64,000 nt of DNA from the human T2T-CHM13v2.0 reference genome, Homo sapiens: the NCBI RefSeq assembly GCF_009914755.1, contig NC_060925.1; one strand, given 5' to 3'. Shown here in pieces: positions 16,611-29,256 of this stretch. The translations under genes were made by a program, and so were the position numbers. Below the pieces are notes generated by a model. The model saw nothing but the letters and a program-made list of their open reading frames with translations. It was not told the DNA's origin and did no database searches. Numbering within the stretch: position 1 is the stretch's first letter; the number at the start of each line of letters is the position of its first letter.

Positions 16611-18300
16611 CTGCTTAAAGAAATCAGAGATGACACAAACAAATGGAAAAACATTCCATGCTCATGGACAGGAAGAATTGATATCATTTAAATAGCCATA
16701 CTACCCAAAGCAATTTATAGATTCAATGCTATTCATATTAAACTACCATTGCCATTCTTCATGGAACTAGAAAAAAAACTATTTTAAAATTCATGGGGAA
16801 CAAAAACAAATAAATAAAATAAAAATAAAAAGCAAGCCCAAATAGCCATGGCAATTCTAAGCAAAAAGAATAAAACTAGAGGCATCACACTACCCAATTT
16901 CATACTATACTACAGGGCTACAGTAACCAAAACAGGATGGTACTGGTACAAAAGCAGACACATAGACCAATGGAACAGAATAGAGAGCGCAGAAATGAGG
17001 CCACACACCTACCTACAACTATCTGATGTTTGACAAACCTGACAAAAAAAGCAATGGGGAAAGGATATTCAATAAATGGTGCTGGGGTAACTGGCTACCC
17101 ATATGCAGAAGATTGAAACTGGACCCCTTTCTTACACCATATACAAAAATTAACTCAAGATGGATTAAAGACTTAAATGTAAAACCCAAAACTATAAAAA
17201 CCCTGGAAGACCACATAGGAAATACCATTCTGGACATAAGAATAGGCAAAGATTTCATGCCAAAAATACCAAAAGCAGTTGCAACAAAAGCAAAAATTGA
17301 CTAATGGGATCTAATTAAACTAAAGGGCTTCTTCACAGGAAAGGAAACTATCAACAAAATGAACAGCAACCTACAGAATTGGAGAACATTTTTCAAAACT
17401 ATGCATCTGACAAAGGTCTAATATCCAGCATCTATAAGGGACTTAAACAAATTTACAAGAAAAAAAACCAAATAACCCCATTGAAAAGTGGGCAAAGGAC
17501 ATGAACAGACACTTTTCAAAAGAAGACATACATGCAGCCAACAAAAATATGATAAAAAGCTCAACATCACTGATCACTGCAGAAATGCAAACCAAAACCA
17601 CAAGGAGATACCATCTCACACCAGTCAGAATAGCTATTATTAAAAAGTCAAAAAATAACAGATGCTGGCAAGATTGTGGAGAAAAGAAAATGCTTATACA
17701 CTGTTGGTGGGAGTGTAAATTAGTTCAACCATTGTGGAAGACAGTGTGGTGATTCCTCAAAGACCTAAAAACAGAAATACCATTCGACCTAGCAATCCCA
17801 TTACTGGGTATACCCAAAGGAATATAAATCATTCTATTATAAAGATACATGCATGCATATGTTCATTGTTGCACTATTTACAATAGCAAAGACATGGAAT
17901 TAACCTAAATGCTCATCAATAATAGCCTGAATAAAGAAAATGTGGTATACAACACCGTGGAATACTATGCAGCCATAAAAAAGAGTGAGATCATGTCCTT
18001 TGCAGGAATGTAAATGGAGCTGGAGGCCATTATCCTTAGCCAACTAATGCAGGATCAGAAAACCAAACACCACATATTCTCACTTATAATTGGGAGCTAA
18101 ATGATGAGAACACATGAACACATAGAAAGGAACACCACACACTGGAGTTTATCAGAGGGTGGAGGGAGAGGATCAGGAAAAATAACTAATGGGCACTAGA
18201 CTTAATACCTGGGTGGCAAAATAATCTGTACAACAAACCTCCATGACACAAGTTTTCCTATATGAAAAACCTGCACATGTACCCCTAAACTTAAAATAAA
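16611..18300 (+). mobile_element. 5'-truncated L1 (older L1PA, about L1PA13-16): ORF2 3' part plus 3' UTR
   Basis: ORF2 peptides ([16 protein letters not shown]; [37 protein letters not shown]), L1PA-type 3' UTR, and about 19-bp TSD aagaaata(c/t)atatgt(c/t)ttt. Confidence 0.95.
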
Positions 18301-18574
18301 AAGAAATATATATGTTTTTGCACTGCTGTTTTTAAAATAGACATAATACTATTGTGGTTAATAATATTCTATTTTAGATTATAGCATTATTAAATTGACA
18401 GTGGCTTTTTGTAATTCTGAACTTTTTCATAGACACACACACAGACACACAAGCAGCCATTAATGTGTGTAAATTCTGGGCCAGGCATGGGGAGAAGAAA
18501 ATTGCAAAAGTACTGATGTTGGAAAAGTGTTTCTGAAAAACGTGGGTTGAAAAACATATCAAATGATACCAGAA

Positions 18575-19330
18575 AGATGCAGTCAGCCAAATCCAGAATG
18601 TGGGAAATTCTACTAGAGAAATGAGCCTATTTCCTCAACAAATAAGTGGCATTTAAAAAGAGAATGTTAAGCCAGGTGCGGTGGCTCACACCTGTAATCC
18701 CAGCACTTTGGGAGGCCGAGGTGAGCAGATTACGAGGTCAGGAGATTGAGACGATCCTGGCTAACACAGTGAAACCCTGTCTCTACTAAAAATACAAAAA
18801 ATTAGCTGGGCGTGTTGGTACATGCCTGTAGTCCCAGCTACTCGTGAGGCTGAGGCAGGAGAATGGCTTGAACTGGGAGGTGGAGGTTGCAGTGAGCCGA
18901 GAACACGCCACTGCACTCCATCGTGGGCAACAGAGCGAGACTCTGTCTCAAAAAAAAAAAAAAAAAAAAAAAAAAAAGAAGGATGTTACAGGTTTAAAGT
19001 GACACATCAGCCAATTGCAGTGTGTGGATCTTGATTGGATCCTCAAACAAACAAGGAAAGGACATTGTTGAGGCAACTGGGAAAATTTAAACATGGTCTG
19101 AGCACTAGAATATATTATAAAATTATTACTATTTTGTTAGTTGGGATGATGGTTTTGATGTTTTAATTATGTCAAAATATGGCCGGGGGGTAGAGGCAGA
19201 CATGAAACTAGCATGGCAAATGTTAGCAGCCTGAGTAATGAGGGATTCATCACATTTTTCTCTCTACTTCTTCATTTTGTGCCAAAGTTGCTATTACAAA
19301 ATTTTTAAAGCAGGAAAAAATTATTTTTTT
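18575..19330 (+). mobile_element. Old L1 (L1MC/ME) 3' UTR fragment, split by an Alu
   Basis: 'aaatccagaatgtgggaaattcta...', 'gtggatcttgattggatcctcaaacaaac...gggattcatc'. Confidence 0.7.
18670..18977 (+). mobile_element. Alu (AluSc8/Y-like)
   Basis: Full dimer, 'cctggctaacacagtgaaacc', poly(A), degenerate TSD ending atgtta. Confidence 0.93.
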
Positions 19331-19925
19331 GAAAAAGTTGGGAATCACTCTTATAGAAATGATCCAAATAAGTAATTCACAATGGGTGACAGAGAGTAAA
19401 GAGCATATCCCCAGTATGACAACTTGGTGTGTGATTTCATAGGAAAACAAACAAACAAACAAAACAAAATAACAAGTTACAAAACATAGTTTTTAGTATG
19501 AACCACTACTTACCACCACTTACTTTACCCTCCCAGGACCTCAGACAATTCTTCCTCTGTGAAGACAGGATAATTGATAACTACCAAACTACTTAAATAG
19601 GCATCAAATAAGCCTGTAGCATTAAATAAGACAATTCACATTAACACTATCTAAAATATGAAATCATATATGAATGGAGGGGATTGTTATTTTGTTAGTC
19701 ATTCTCATCATCATTATCATCAACATCATGCTCATTCCAATGTATTTAGTTATGGGAGAGTGAAGACAAATAGATCCTGGAAATGTCCTATTGAAAGTAA
19801 GCGTGGTGATGGGCCCCAGTGTTTTATGGAGAGGAGATGATCAAACAGACCAGAGCAGGGTTGGATTCTCCTCCCCTGGTTCAAGAGATATGGCCAGGAA
19901 GGTGGGGCCTCCTGGGCTGCGACTG

Positions 19926-20350
19926 AATTCATTCATTCATTCATTCATTCATTCAAACACTTACTGAGGACCTGCTACTTCATGTCAAGCACTGTGCTGA
20001 CTGTGGAGGATGAAATGAAGCTCAAAGCTGAGTGGGAGGGGCAGATGTCTAAGAAGATGATGGTCACACAAGATGGTATTACAGAACATGGGATAGAGAG
20101 ACCCAACCCAGCCTCAGGATGGGAAGTGGAAATAGTAGATAGGCTTCTTGGAGCTGTATTGGTTTGATGGAAAGAGGGGAGAAAGAAAATCATCAGAGGG
20201 AGAGAAAGACCAAAGATATAGAAGAGGTGCCTTAGGAAACCACTACGCAGCAGCAGTAGTATTTATTCACCAGAGGCAAGAGGACCTGAAATTGAGGGGA
20301 CCTGTCAGAGCTGAGATTGAGCAAGGTGAGAGAGGACAAAAGCCAGAAAA
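19926..20350 (-). mobile_element. L2 3' end with (CATT)n tail
   Basis: 'attcattcattcattc...aaacacttactgaggacctgctac..tgtcaagcactgtgct'. Confidence 0.65.
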
Positions 20351-20741
20351 GAGCCTGGGCCAGGCCTCGGAAGTGGAGTCCTGAAGCAGGGGTCAGCAGC
20401 AAGTGGGAGGCTGTGAGGGTTTGGAGGAGGTACGCAGGGAACTGCTGTGCTTTTCCCTGCATTCTGGCTCAGCTCTACTTAAAGGGCCTCCAAGGTAATA
20501 CTTCTCAATTAAAGGCAAGGAAGCCCAAGGTACTGCTCAGGTGTAAGCCACTGGGCCAAGGGCAATATAAACAGCAAACTTTAATCAGAGATGCCACAGG
20601 GGAGTGTGTGGTGCTGAATGCACATTCATTAGAGCCTCCCAGGGTGATCAAATGGAAGCACCACTTTCAGCTCAGTTCAGAAAAATGGCAATTAAAAAAA
20701 ACTAATATAATAAAGTTCAGGTGCTTCTCCACTGCCTCTTC

Positions 20742-20905
20742 AAACATGGTCTGAGCACTAGATTATATTATAAAATTATTACTATTTTGTTAGTTGAGAT
20801 AATGGTTTTGATGTTTTAATTATGTCAAAATATGGCCAGAGAGTAGAGGCAGACATGAAACTAGCTCGGCAAATGTTAATAAGTTGAGTGATGAGGGATT
20901 CATCA
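20742..20905 (+). repeat. 164-bp direct copy of 19089-19252
   Basis: Manual alignment gives about 14 mismatches and no gaps (~91% identity). Confidence 0.95.
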
Positions 20906-21904
20906 TGTTCTAAATTGGGTGTGGTGAGTGAAGACACCCACTTCACCTGTGCAGCCGCAGAGGAAATGGCCTCCCTTGCCACTGCAGGTAGCAGATGGCT
21001 CCATGGAGCCCCTCCACGCCACCAGCCCTCACCTCCCAGCTCATTTGTGACTCACACATCACTCTCCTCCTTCCTTATCTGAGGGTGAACCTCAATGTGG
21101 CTGACTGATGGGACTGCCCTCCCAATAAGAGAGGCTAAGACGCAGTGTTTTATTATAGTACTATTTTGTTTTCTCTCTCCACGGAGCTGGAATCAGTCCA
21201 CCCTGGAAAGCGGGGAGATGAGAAAATACTGTCATATGAATCTCTCAAAGCAGAACTCACGACCTGTGGTGTGGGGCTACCCTTGGATATATTCTCAGTG
21301 GTCTCCAAGTTCACTGCATAATTTTCTTTTAATTTTGAGTTGTTGTTTTAAACATAACCTTAAAAATAATGAAATCATATACTGATGTCATCTTATCATT
21401 AAGTGATATAATAGGATTGGGATTTCATGCTCCTGTTTGTCCTGTGTCAGTTGAAGTCTAAATTATGTCAAACTACTCTGTGAACAAAAGTTTCCATATC
21501 ATGTACATTGAATAAAATTGTTGGAAGAACAGTCATCACATCTATTCTCCCACAATAGTGCATTTAATATATCTGCATTAAATAAAATCTGCAATACTAA
21601 TCCGTTCTTAAAGTACATAAGATACCTTTAAAGAATGTTTAAATCATATTTTATTAAAACTGGCATTTGAGTTTGACATGCTGGCAGTTGTGATCAAGGT
21701 TGAGATCTGATTGTCTGGAACTGGAAAACACAATCCTGAATTTACTAATATCATTTGAACCAATATGCTTAAGTATATTCTTGTCTTTATTATTGTCAAA
21801 GTCAAAATAAAGAAATAAATATAAAAGTGAATCTCAGGCTGCATTTTTTTACTGTTAAGCCCAACAAGCTGGTTTCAGGAAGCCCTCATCATCTGCCAAT
21901 GTGG

Positions 21905-22100
21905 GCAGGCTTTGGAGTTAGTCAGCACAAGGAAAATCTCCGCTCTGCCATGCCCCATCTTTGTGACTTCTCTATCTCAACTCCTTCAACTGTAGAATAG
22001 GAATGGAAACAATGATAATATCTGCTGAACAGGGTTTTTTTTAAAGAACTAAGTGAGAACATGCATGTAAAGTTCTTAGTACCCAGTGCACTAGACAGAG
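21905..22100 (+). mobile_element. MIR
   Basis: 'ggctttggagttag...caactgtagaatagg...aagtgagaacatgcatgtaaagttcttagtacccagtg'. Confidence 0.65.
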
Positions 22101-22439
22101 GTAAAGAAAAAAATTAATCATGAAAATTGTGGTTTTAGTGAGCTATGGGCAACTTTGTCAAACCAGGGAGGGTGCATGAATAGTCACTAGTGACTGCCCA
22201 TTATGTCTTTCAGAGATGCCTGCTGGAGACAAGACCTCTGTGAAAGAAGTGGCCTGCATAAACTTTGGGTGGGGTTTCCAGTTGTCCTCCTTGGAACTCA
22301 AGAGTACCCTGAGTTCCATGGCATGCTTTGGGTTCCACAAATGTTTTGATTCAAATTTCTCATGTAATTTTCAAAACTATAATAAGAATCAACACAATCT
22401 GAAATGTGCTTTATGCTAAATTTGATATGTTGAAGACAA

Positions 22440-23200
22440 CCAATACTGCCTTGTTAACGGTTTTCAGGCAGACCTTGGAGAAAAGCTTCTACTGCCAGAT
22501 CTGTGGATATATTTGAAAGTCTTGGAAATGAGTCATTGATTATGACGTGTAGAGCTCTGCACTGATCTTTTTAAAATTCAAAAAGTGCATAAGTAAGAAT
22601 CAAAAAGTAAAAATAAAAATGTAGATATAATTTAATACTTAATGAGATACCAGGCAAGGTTGGTTTGTCCATTCATTCATTTATTTTACATTTATTTTAT
22701 GCCTACAAGATGGTAGGCTCTTCTCTAGGCACTTGTATATAGCCACAAATGAAGTTCAGGCACATTTATTCAGCCTGTATTGAGCTATAATAAACATGCA
22801 ATGACAAGGAAAATCAGAACACATTTCTTTGTGTTAGTGACATAAAATTGATAAGCTTGGCATTTATAGTAAGCATGAGATGTTTATTGACTGACTTTTG
22901 TATTTATAAGGAAGTAAGCTAGTTGTTAGATATTGTGGCAATATAACTTTGAAACAAAAAAATTCTGCAAATCCTCTTCAATGATTTGAGATCAGTATGA
23001 TTGAAGAGAATCTTGAGATTGTAGGGTAAGCTATTTATCTGTTTGAATCAGGATTTTCTTGATATTGTGTATCCAAGAAAGATTATAGAAATAAATTGGA
23101 CATTGAGATTTGCATAAGACTGCCATTGTCAGCCACAATCATGATTTCCAGTTTTTGTGAAAATAGCCTCAGTATTCTCTTTGATTGACTTTGTAATAAT
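22440..23200 (+). mobile_element. Charlie-type hAT transposase remnant
   Basis: 23030-23140 translates AIYLFESGFS*YCVSKKDYRNKLDIEICIRLPLS, resembling the hAT dimerisation motif TYLCE.GFS....K.KYRNRLD.E...RL.LS. 5' boundary uncertain. Confidence 0.7.
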
Positions 23201-23220
23201 TAGGAAAAGGTTTAAGTATG

Positions 23221-23545
23221 AAAAAAAATTAGCTAGACATGCTGGTGCATGCCTGCAGTCCTAGCTACTCAGGAGGCTGAGGTGGGAGGATCACTTTAGC
23301 CCAGGTGTTTGAGGTTACGGTGAGCTATGACGGCACCACTGCACTCCAGTCTGGGTGACACAGTGAGACCTTGTCTCTAAAAAAATTTTTTTTAATTAGC
23401 CAAGTGTGGTAGTCCCAGCTTCTCAGGAGGCTGAGATGAGAGGATTGATTGAGCCCAGGAGCTAGAGGCTGCAGTGAGCTGAGTGTGCCACTGCACTCCA
23501 GCCTGAGTGATAGAGTGAGACCCTGTCTCTAAAAGAAAAGAAAAA
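23221..23545 (+). mobile_element. Two tandem Alu right-arm monomers (AluJ/FRAM-like)
   Basis: Both halves contain 'gcagtgagct/cggtgagct...ccactgcactccag..tg..tgac/tgat'. No left arm is present. Confidence 0.85.
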
Positions 23546-24189
23546 TTTTAATTTTGCCTGGAAGAAAAAATTATGCTCCTGACATTTTTAAATTGCTAGC
23601 TTAAGGAAGCCAGCAGACTGAGAGAGAGAGAAGTTTTCATAAGTTCTACCCTTAGGAATTAAATAAGAACTAAAAACAGAGAGCAATCAGGGCTTCCAGC
23701 TACTAAAAGAGGAAAAGAGTCAGAAACAGAAGAATTTTCTATAAGAATGCTGTAAGGTTCCAGAATCTTTTTAATCCTCACAAGTTTGTTATTAAAACAA
23801 AACAAACCTCCAACTCTCTTTTCCTTGCCCTTTCTTAAATATTGGGAATAAAAACAAAACAAAAATAGAACTCTCAAAGCAAGATCTGTAGGTCTATTTT
23901 AAGGGACTGCAAAGTAGAGAGCAGCTAGGGAGACTGTGCCTCACCCGCCTTCTAGAAATATGATCAGCCTTGAGGTCTCTGAATTGGAAGGCTAAGTTAA
24001 ACAACTAACACCTGCTCTCCAGCCTCACTTGCATTCTCAGTGGGATGGCAATCTCTTCCCTTATCCCCAAAGAGCTTTCTCTTTCTCCTGTTATAACGGT
24101 TATTCCAAACATTTAACATGCTTCAAGTCCTCTACCCCAGCCTTCCTCAAAGTGCACCTAGACTAGGCATTGTGATCAGAAAGGAGGTA

Positions 24190-24428
24190 TGTGTAGTGGG
24201 TAAAATCATGTACTCTTCTTGGCCAGTCTTCCTGGGTTTGAATCCTATCTCTATCATGTAGTAGCTTCATTACCTTGGGTGAGTTAATTAGCCTGTCTTG
24301 GGCCTTGGTTACCTCATCTACAAAAGAATGTGATAATGACACCTTTCTCATAAGTTCAGTTAATGATTTGATGGGTATAGAGCTTATAGAAAAGGAGCTA
24401 GCATGTACTAAGTGCTCAATAAACATTA
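24190..24428 (+). mobile_element. MIR
   Basis: Near full-length MIR: cctgggtttgaatcct...ccttgggtgagtta...aagtgctcaataaacatta. Confidence 0.85.
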
Positions 24429-24782
24429 ACAGACTAAACACACAACATTGCCTCTCTTCCATAATCACTAAAATCACACACACACACACAACAAACTTAA
24501 AAACAAATCCATAGCACTGTTGGAAAATCAAGAGAGGAGCCAACTAGCACTCCACAACCAGAAGAATTTTCTGAAAGTTAAAAAGGGAAAGATTGGCAAC
24601 AAAGCCCACAAAATTAAGGAAGCCACAAATTCAGCAGGAGGAAAAAGAAAGCTCTTTTTTAAAAAATGTAAACTTTTCATTGGTACCCCAGAGAAATATA
24701 AAAATGATGGGCATCAGGGGATAAAATAAAGGAAATTAATTAAGCTTTCCCGCTCAAGTCAAGAAAAAAATAAAATGCTCAT

Positions 24783-24930
24783 TTTTAAAATTATTTTTTA
24801 TTTTTTTAAATAATTTTTTGTAGAGACAGGGTCCCACTACATTGCCCAGGCTGGTCTTTAATTCTGAGGCTCACGTTATCCCCCCACCTTGGCCTCCCAA
24901 AGTACTGGGATTCCAGGTATGAGGTGTCAC
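24783..24930 (-). mobile_element. Left Alu monomer (FLAM/AluJ)
   Basis: ttttgtagagacagggtc...cctcccaaagtactgggatt. Confidence 0.85.
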
Positions 24931-24969
24931 ATAAAATACTCATTAATAATGCTTCAGTGCAAGATTATT

Positions 24970-25175
24970 TTCACATCCTTGCCAATGCAGTAAGGCAAGA
25001 AAAAGAATTAAGAGTATAAATACTGGCTAGTAGAATACTAGGTTTTACTTATCTGTAGATAATATGAGTCTTTATCCAGAAAATCCAAAAGAGTTAACTG
25101 AAAAACTTTTCGAGTTATTAAAAAAAATCCAGTAAATTGATCAGACAAAACTAATATGCAAAAATGAAAAGATCA
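24970..25175 (+). mobile_element. Old L1 ORF2 (RT-region) fragment
   Basis: 'cttgccaatgcagtaaggcaagaaaaagaatta...tgtagataatatga...agaaaatccaaaagagttaactgaaaaact'. Confidence 0.7.
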
Positions 25176-25316
25176 TTAATCAGAACCCTTTTAACTTCCA
25201 GTCCCACCCAGCTGCAAACTTATTTGTATCCACATTCAACCTTACTTCTTTCACCGTTCAACTTTAGGATATACTGCAAGCAGTTTTCCAAAATTGTTGT
25301 ATTAAGTACACTTCTG

Positions 25317-25580
25317 GCAGGGTGCAGAGGCTCACACCTATAACCCCAGCATTCTGGGAGGCTGAGGTGGGTGGATCACTTGAGACCAGGAGTTCAAGAC
25401 CAGCCTGGCCAGCATGATGAAATCCTGTTTCTACTAAAAATACAAAAATTAGCCAGGCTGTGGCATGAGAATCGCTTAAACCCAGGAGGTGAATGTTGCA
25501 GTGAGCCGAGATTGCGCCACTGCACTGCAGCCTAGGCGACAGAGCAAAACTCTGTCTCAAAACAACAACAACAAAAAAAA
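25317..25580 (+). mobile_element. AluS with an ~40-bp deletion in the right arm
   Basis: 'aattagccaggc|tgtggcatgagaatcgc'. (CAA)n tail. Confidence 0.9.
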
Positions 25581-25584
25581 CACT

Positions 25585-26250
25585 TACACCAGAAGGGTAA
25601 GAGAATTTCATTTCCTCCACATCATTGCCAATACTTGGTATTTTTAGTGTTTTTAATTTTAGCCATTTTAGTGTATGTATAGTGATAAATACTCATTATG
25701 GCTTTAATACGCAATCCCTTGATGACTAATTAATGTTAAGCACCTATTCATGTATACTGAGCTATTTGGCTATCCCCTTTTGTAGGGTGTCTTGTCTTCA
25801 CAAGGTATTTGCTTACATTTTTTATTGAGCTCTCTGTGTTTTTCTTAATGACGTATATACACTAGAGCTGAGTTCTTTATTGGACATGAGTATGATTAAT
25901 ATTTTCTTTTACTCTATGGCTTGCCTTTTCACTCTGTTAAGAATATCCTTTGATAAAGAGAGGCTTTTGATTTTAATGTAATTGAATGTATTTCTCTTAT
26001 TTAAATTTAGTCATTTTTGTGCTCTCTTTAAGAAATATCTGCCTACACCAAGATCATGAAAATATGATGCGCCATTGTCTTCAAAAAGCCTTGTCGTTTT
26101 CCCTACTATATATCTGTAATTGATTTTTTAAATTGGTGTACAGAGAATCCAGAATTAATGTTTACTTGGTTATCCAATTGACCCAGGGTCATTTATTGAA
26201 AATATTTATTTTTCTTATCCAAGATTGTCTTGGCTATTCTCAGCCAACCT
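25585..26250 (-). mobile_element. Old L1 (L1ME-like) fragment
   Basis: 'tcctccacatcattgccaatacttggt...ttttagccattttagtg...tccaattgacccagggtcatttattgaaa'. Confidence 0.8.
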
Positions 26251-26254
26251 AATA

Positions 26255-27065
26255 TATTTCTACTTCTCTTCTATGTCCTGAAACTACTTTTGATGATCTC
26301 CCCAATTTCCCAAACATCAAATACAAAGGAAATTTTTTCACTTTGACCTTAATTTTTCTCCCACCATTTAACACTCAGCCTTTGGCTCCTTAAAACTTCC
26401 CTTCCCTTATCTTCCAGGACACCATGGTTTTTCCTTTTTTTTTTTTTTTTTTTTTCCTGTACTGCTTTTTTTTCAGTTGCTCATTCTCCTCTCCCAGGAT
26501 CCCTTCTTCAGTCTTTTCACTTCTCATTTCAGGACTCACACTCCTCCTAAGTGATCTTGTTCAAATGCAGGCCTTTAACCACTTCTATTCATGGGTAGCT
26601 CCCAAGCATTATTCCCAGCCCAGGTTTCTAATTCTCAAGTGCAGACGAAGATACTCAAACATATCCAAAACTGAATGCATTAATCTCATCAGAAAGAAGT
26701 CCAGTAAAATGGCCAGATAAAACATATATGCAAAAATTAAAAAGACTATTAATCAGAACCCCTTTAACTTCCAGTTTCACCACACCTAGAGACTTCTTAA
26801 TACTCCCCCAACCACACCTCATCCTTCTTAGATCTCCATTAGCTAAAAAGACACCACTGTACTCAACTGCCTCAGCCAGAGACCATGAAATCTTCAAATA
26901 CCTTGTCCAGGTTCTGATGACTTCACTAAGCTTCTCTCCTAACTATTTCCTCCTCTCAACCCCCACTACTGCTGCCCTATTTCAAGCCTTCACTGTCTCT
27001 CACATGGCTTTACTACAGCCTTTTGCCTTATCCCCCTGTATTTGGTCTCACGTGTTCAGTTTCCA
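26255..27065 (+). mobile_element. L2 fragment(s)
   Basis: 'ctcaaacatatccaaaactgaa', 'ccactactgctgccctatttcaagccttcactgtctctcacatgg'. Confidence 0.65.
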
Positions 27066-29237
27066 TACAAGGATCTCCCAACTGGTAACTAACATTTCCT
27101 TCTTTTTCCTACACACCAGCAATTGGTTCTCCCAGTTAAGTTACACTAAATCCACATACAAAGTCTCCATAAATCAAAATAGCCACCTGACAAGTAGGTG
27201 CCTCATGCCATGAAGTGTAATGGAAGACTTGGATACAAAAGCAAGGGGGCTTGAAGCACTGCTGGCTGCCCAAGAGGTGAGGGCATCACTGCAAGGGCAG
27301 AGGATGCAGAGGGGAAAGTTCTTAGGGCTGATATCTGGTCATGCTTGTTATCCTCTACATAGAGAAATAATACTGGCAGACATTCCCCACCAAATCCTTA
27401 TTTCCTATCTATATCCTGTGGCCCAACTCTGATTCAACAGACCCTTGATATCTAAGAAACCAACATTATCACCTGCACCATTCACCAACAGCCCTAAAGA
27501 CCCGTCAAGTGAAGATGTGTAATTTTGCAGAGGCACAAATCTCAACTACATATGCTATGGGGCTTCTTATTCTGCGTGAATCATTTAGCAGTTTGAAAGC
27601 CAAATGTCTTGGGGTTGGTGAGTCACGCCCTTGGAATAAAACCTGAGGGCTGAAGTTCAGGATTTGCAGCAAATGACTGAAACCAAAGGGGCCCTGGGAA
27701 ATTGTCATTCTGGGAGCAAAAAGGAGGGAGGAAACTGAGATGGCAGCACTGCTTTTCACAGGGAATTCCAGGGACAGGAAGACCACCAGGGCAAGAGTGT
27801 TTGCCCTGGGGTCAAGACCCCCAGGGCTGGTTTTGGGCAGCTGAGTTCCTGGACCTCTAGTGAAGAAAGAGGAAAGTAGGACAAGCTGATCTGGGCCTCA
27901 GACAGAGACCCAGAGCTGGGCTAAGGCAAGTCCCATATGCAGTTTACAACAAGGACCTTAGCTGTTCTGAAATGGACCAACCCAAAGAGACAAGCTAACA
28001 TCTACTCCCCCCATCAGCATGAAGATTCATATTCCTTTTGTTGTCCAAAGAAGAACTTACTTGGAGCACAGCAGGTCAGTCAGAACCATAACTGGAAGAA
28101 ATCTGTGTGTAAAAGATCAGCAGGAGTGACACAAAATCCTCAGGGTCCTTGCCCAGAAGATTGATCCTTCAAAAAAGTGAGTCTTATTTGGGCAAAAGTG
28201 TCAGACTGCTAATATCCGTTTATTTGTCTGGTTTCTGCTCCATCTTGTATCCAAGGGTGTCTGGATAACTCTACCCAGTGAATAATAAGCCCATTTTATT
28301 TATTTAGGGGATTCTGTACTTTGTGGGGATACATTATCCTGGATATCAAATTAAATGCCCATTCACATTGAGCTCAAGTCACATGTCACCAAGGGCTGGG
28401 TATAGTAGCCAAGGAAGATGACACCTCCAGGGCTGGGTTTTGCAAGGAAATGAGTTTTAATCATCAAGTTCAGTTTCAACACTTGGAAATCATCCATCTT
28501 GATGAGGAAATAAAATCAGCTGATCTTTTATTTTGCTCATTTGAAGGCAATGAGACACTTCTTTGCATCAGATAATAGGCTTGTGACCCCAAAGGACACC
28601 TATTCTCACTTTACCATCTCAGCAGCTGTAAGCCCTGAGCAGCACACATGAGCATGAAGGAAAAGGGGCTTCCTTAATGGGCACAGTCAAGGATGGATGG
28701 TCTGAGCCAATAGCAGGGTCAGAGATACAGGGAACCCCAAACAGCAATTAATTTTAATTTTAATTTTAATTGGCCTAGGCATACACTGGATGACTTCTTG
28801 CACAATAAATCCATCCTCCTAATTATTAGCTTAATTAACTTAATTATCAGTTAGTCTAATATTTAAGTTAGTTGGTATTCTCTAAGTTATTCATAGTGCA
28901 AAAGGGCCCATGAGCATGCAAGGTCAAGAGGCCTGGGGCTGAGGTCACACTGATGGGTAACTGGGAGTTGACAGGCATTCCCAATGAGAACATCAGGCAT
29001 GCCACTGACCTGATGTAAACCAGCTAAACAGGGCTCTGGGTCAGCCAGGCCCCTATCCTCTCCAGTTATCTTCGGGAGAGTTTTTCTCAAGGGTGTTGAT
29101 CATCACTGAATTGAGGGAAGTTGCCCTATGTCACCATGCTGGTGCTCGCCTCCATGCCCTTATTCATCCTGCCTGTGGTACCCTTAGCCTTAAACTTCAC
29201 TGAACTGTCTCCTACCCAAACTTTATGACTCAGCTCA

Positions 29238-29256
29238 GTGACGCCTCCTGCTGGCA
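29238..29256 (-). promoter_or_regulatory. CTCF-like motif with an adjacent AP-1 site (TGACTCA, 29226-29232)
   Basis: Minus strand TGCCAGCAGGAGGCGTCAC compared with the core CCASYAGRKGGCRS. Motif match only. Confidence 0.4.

Noticed and set aside
21630-21735. Possible minus-strand terminal exon (ttttccag acceptor, AATAAA at ~21650)
   Set aside because: Such signals are frequent by chance in AT-rich DNA, and no upstream exon could be supported.
26728-27213. 161-aa ORF
   Set aside because: Lies in degraded L2 and the duplicated segment, with no protein similarity I can recognise.
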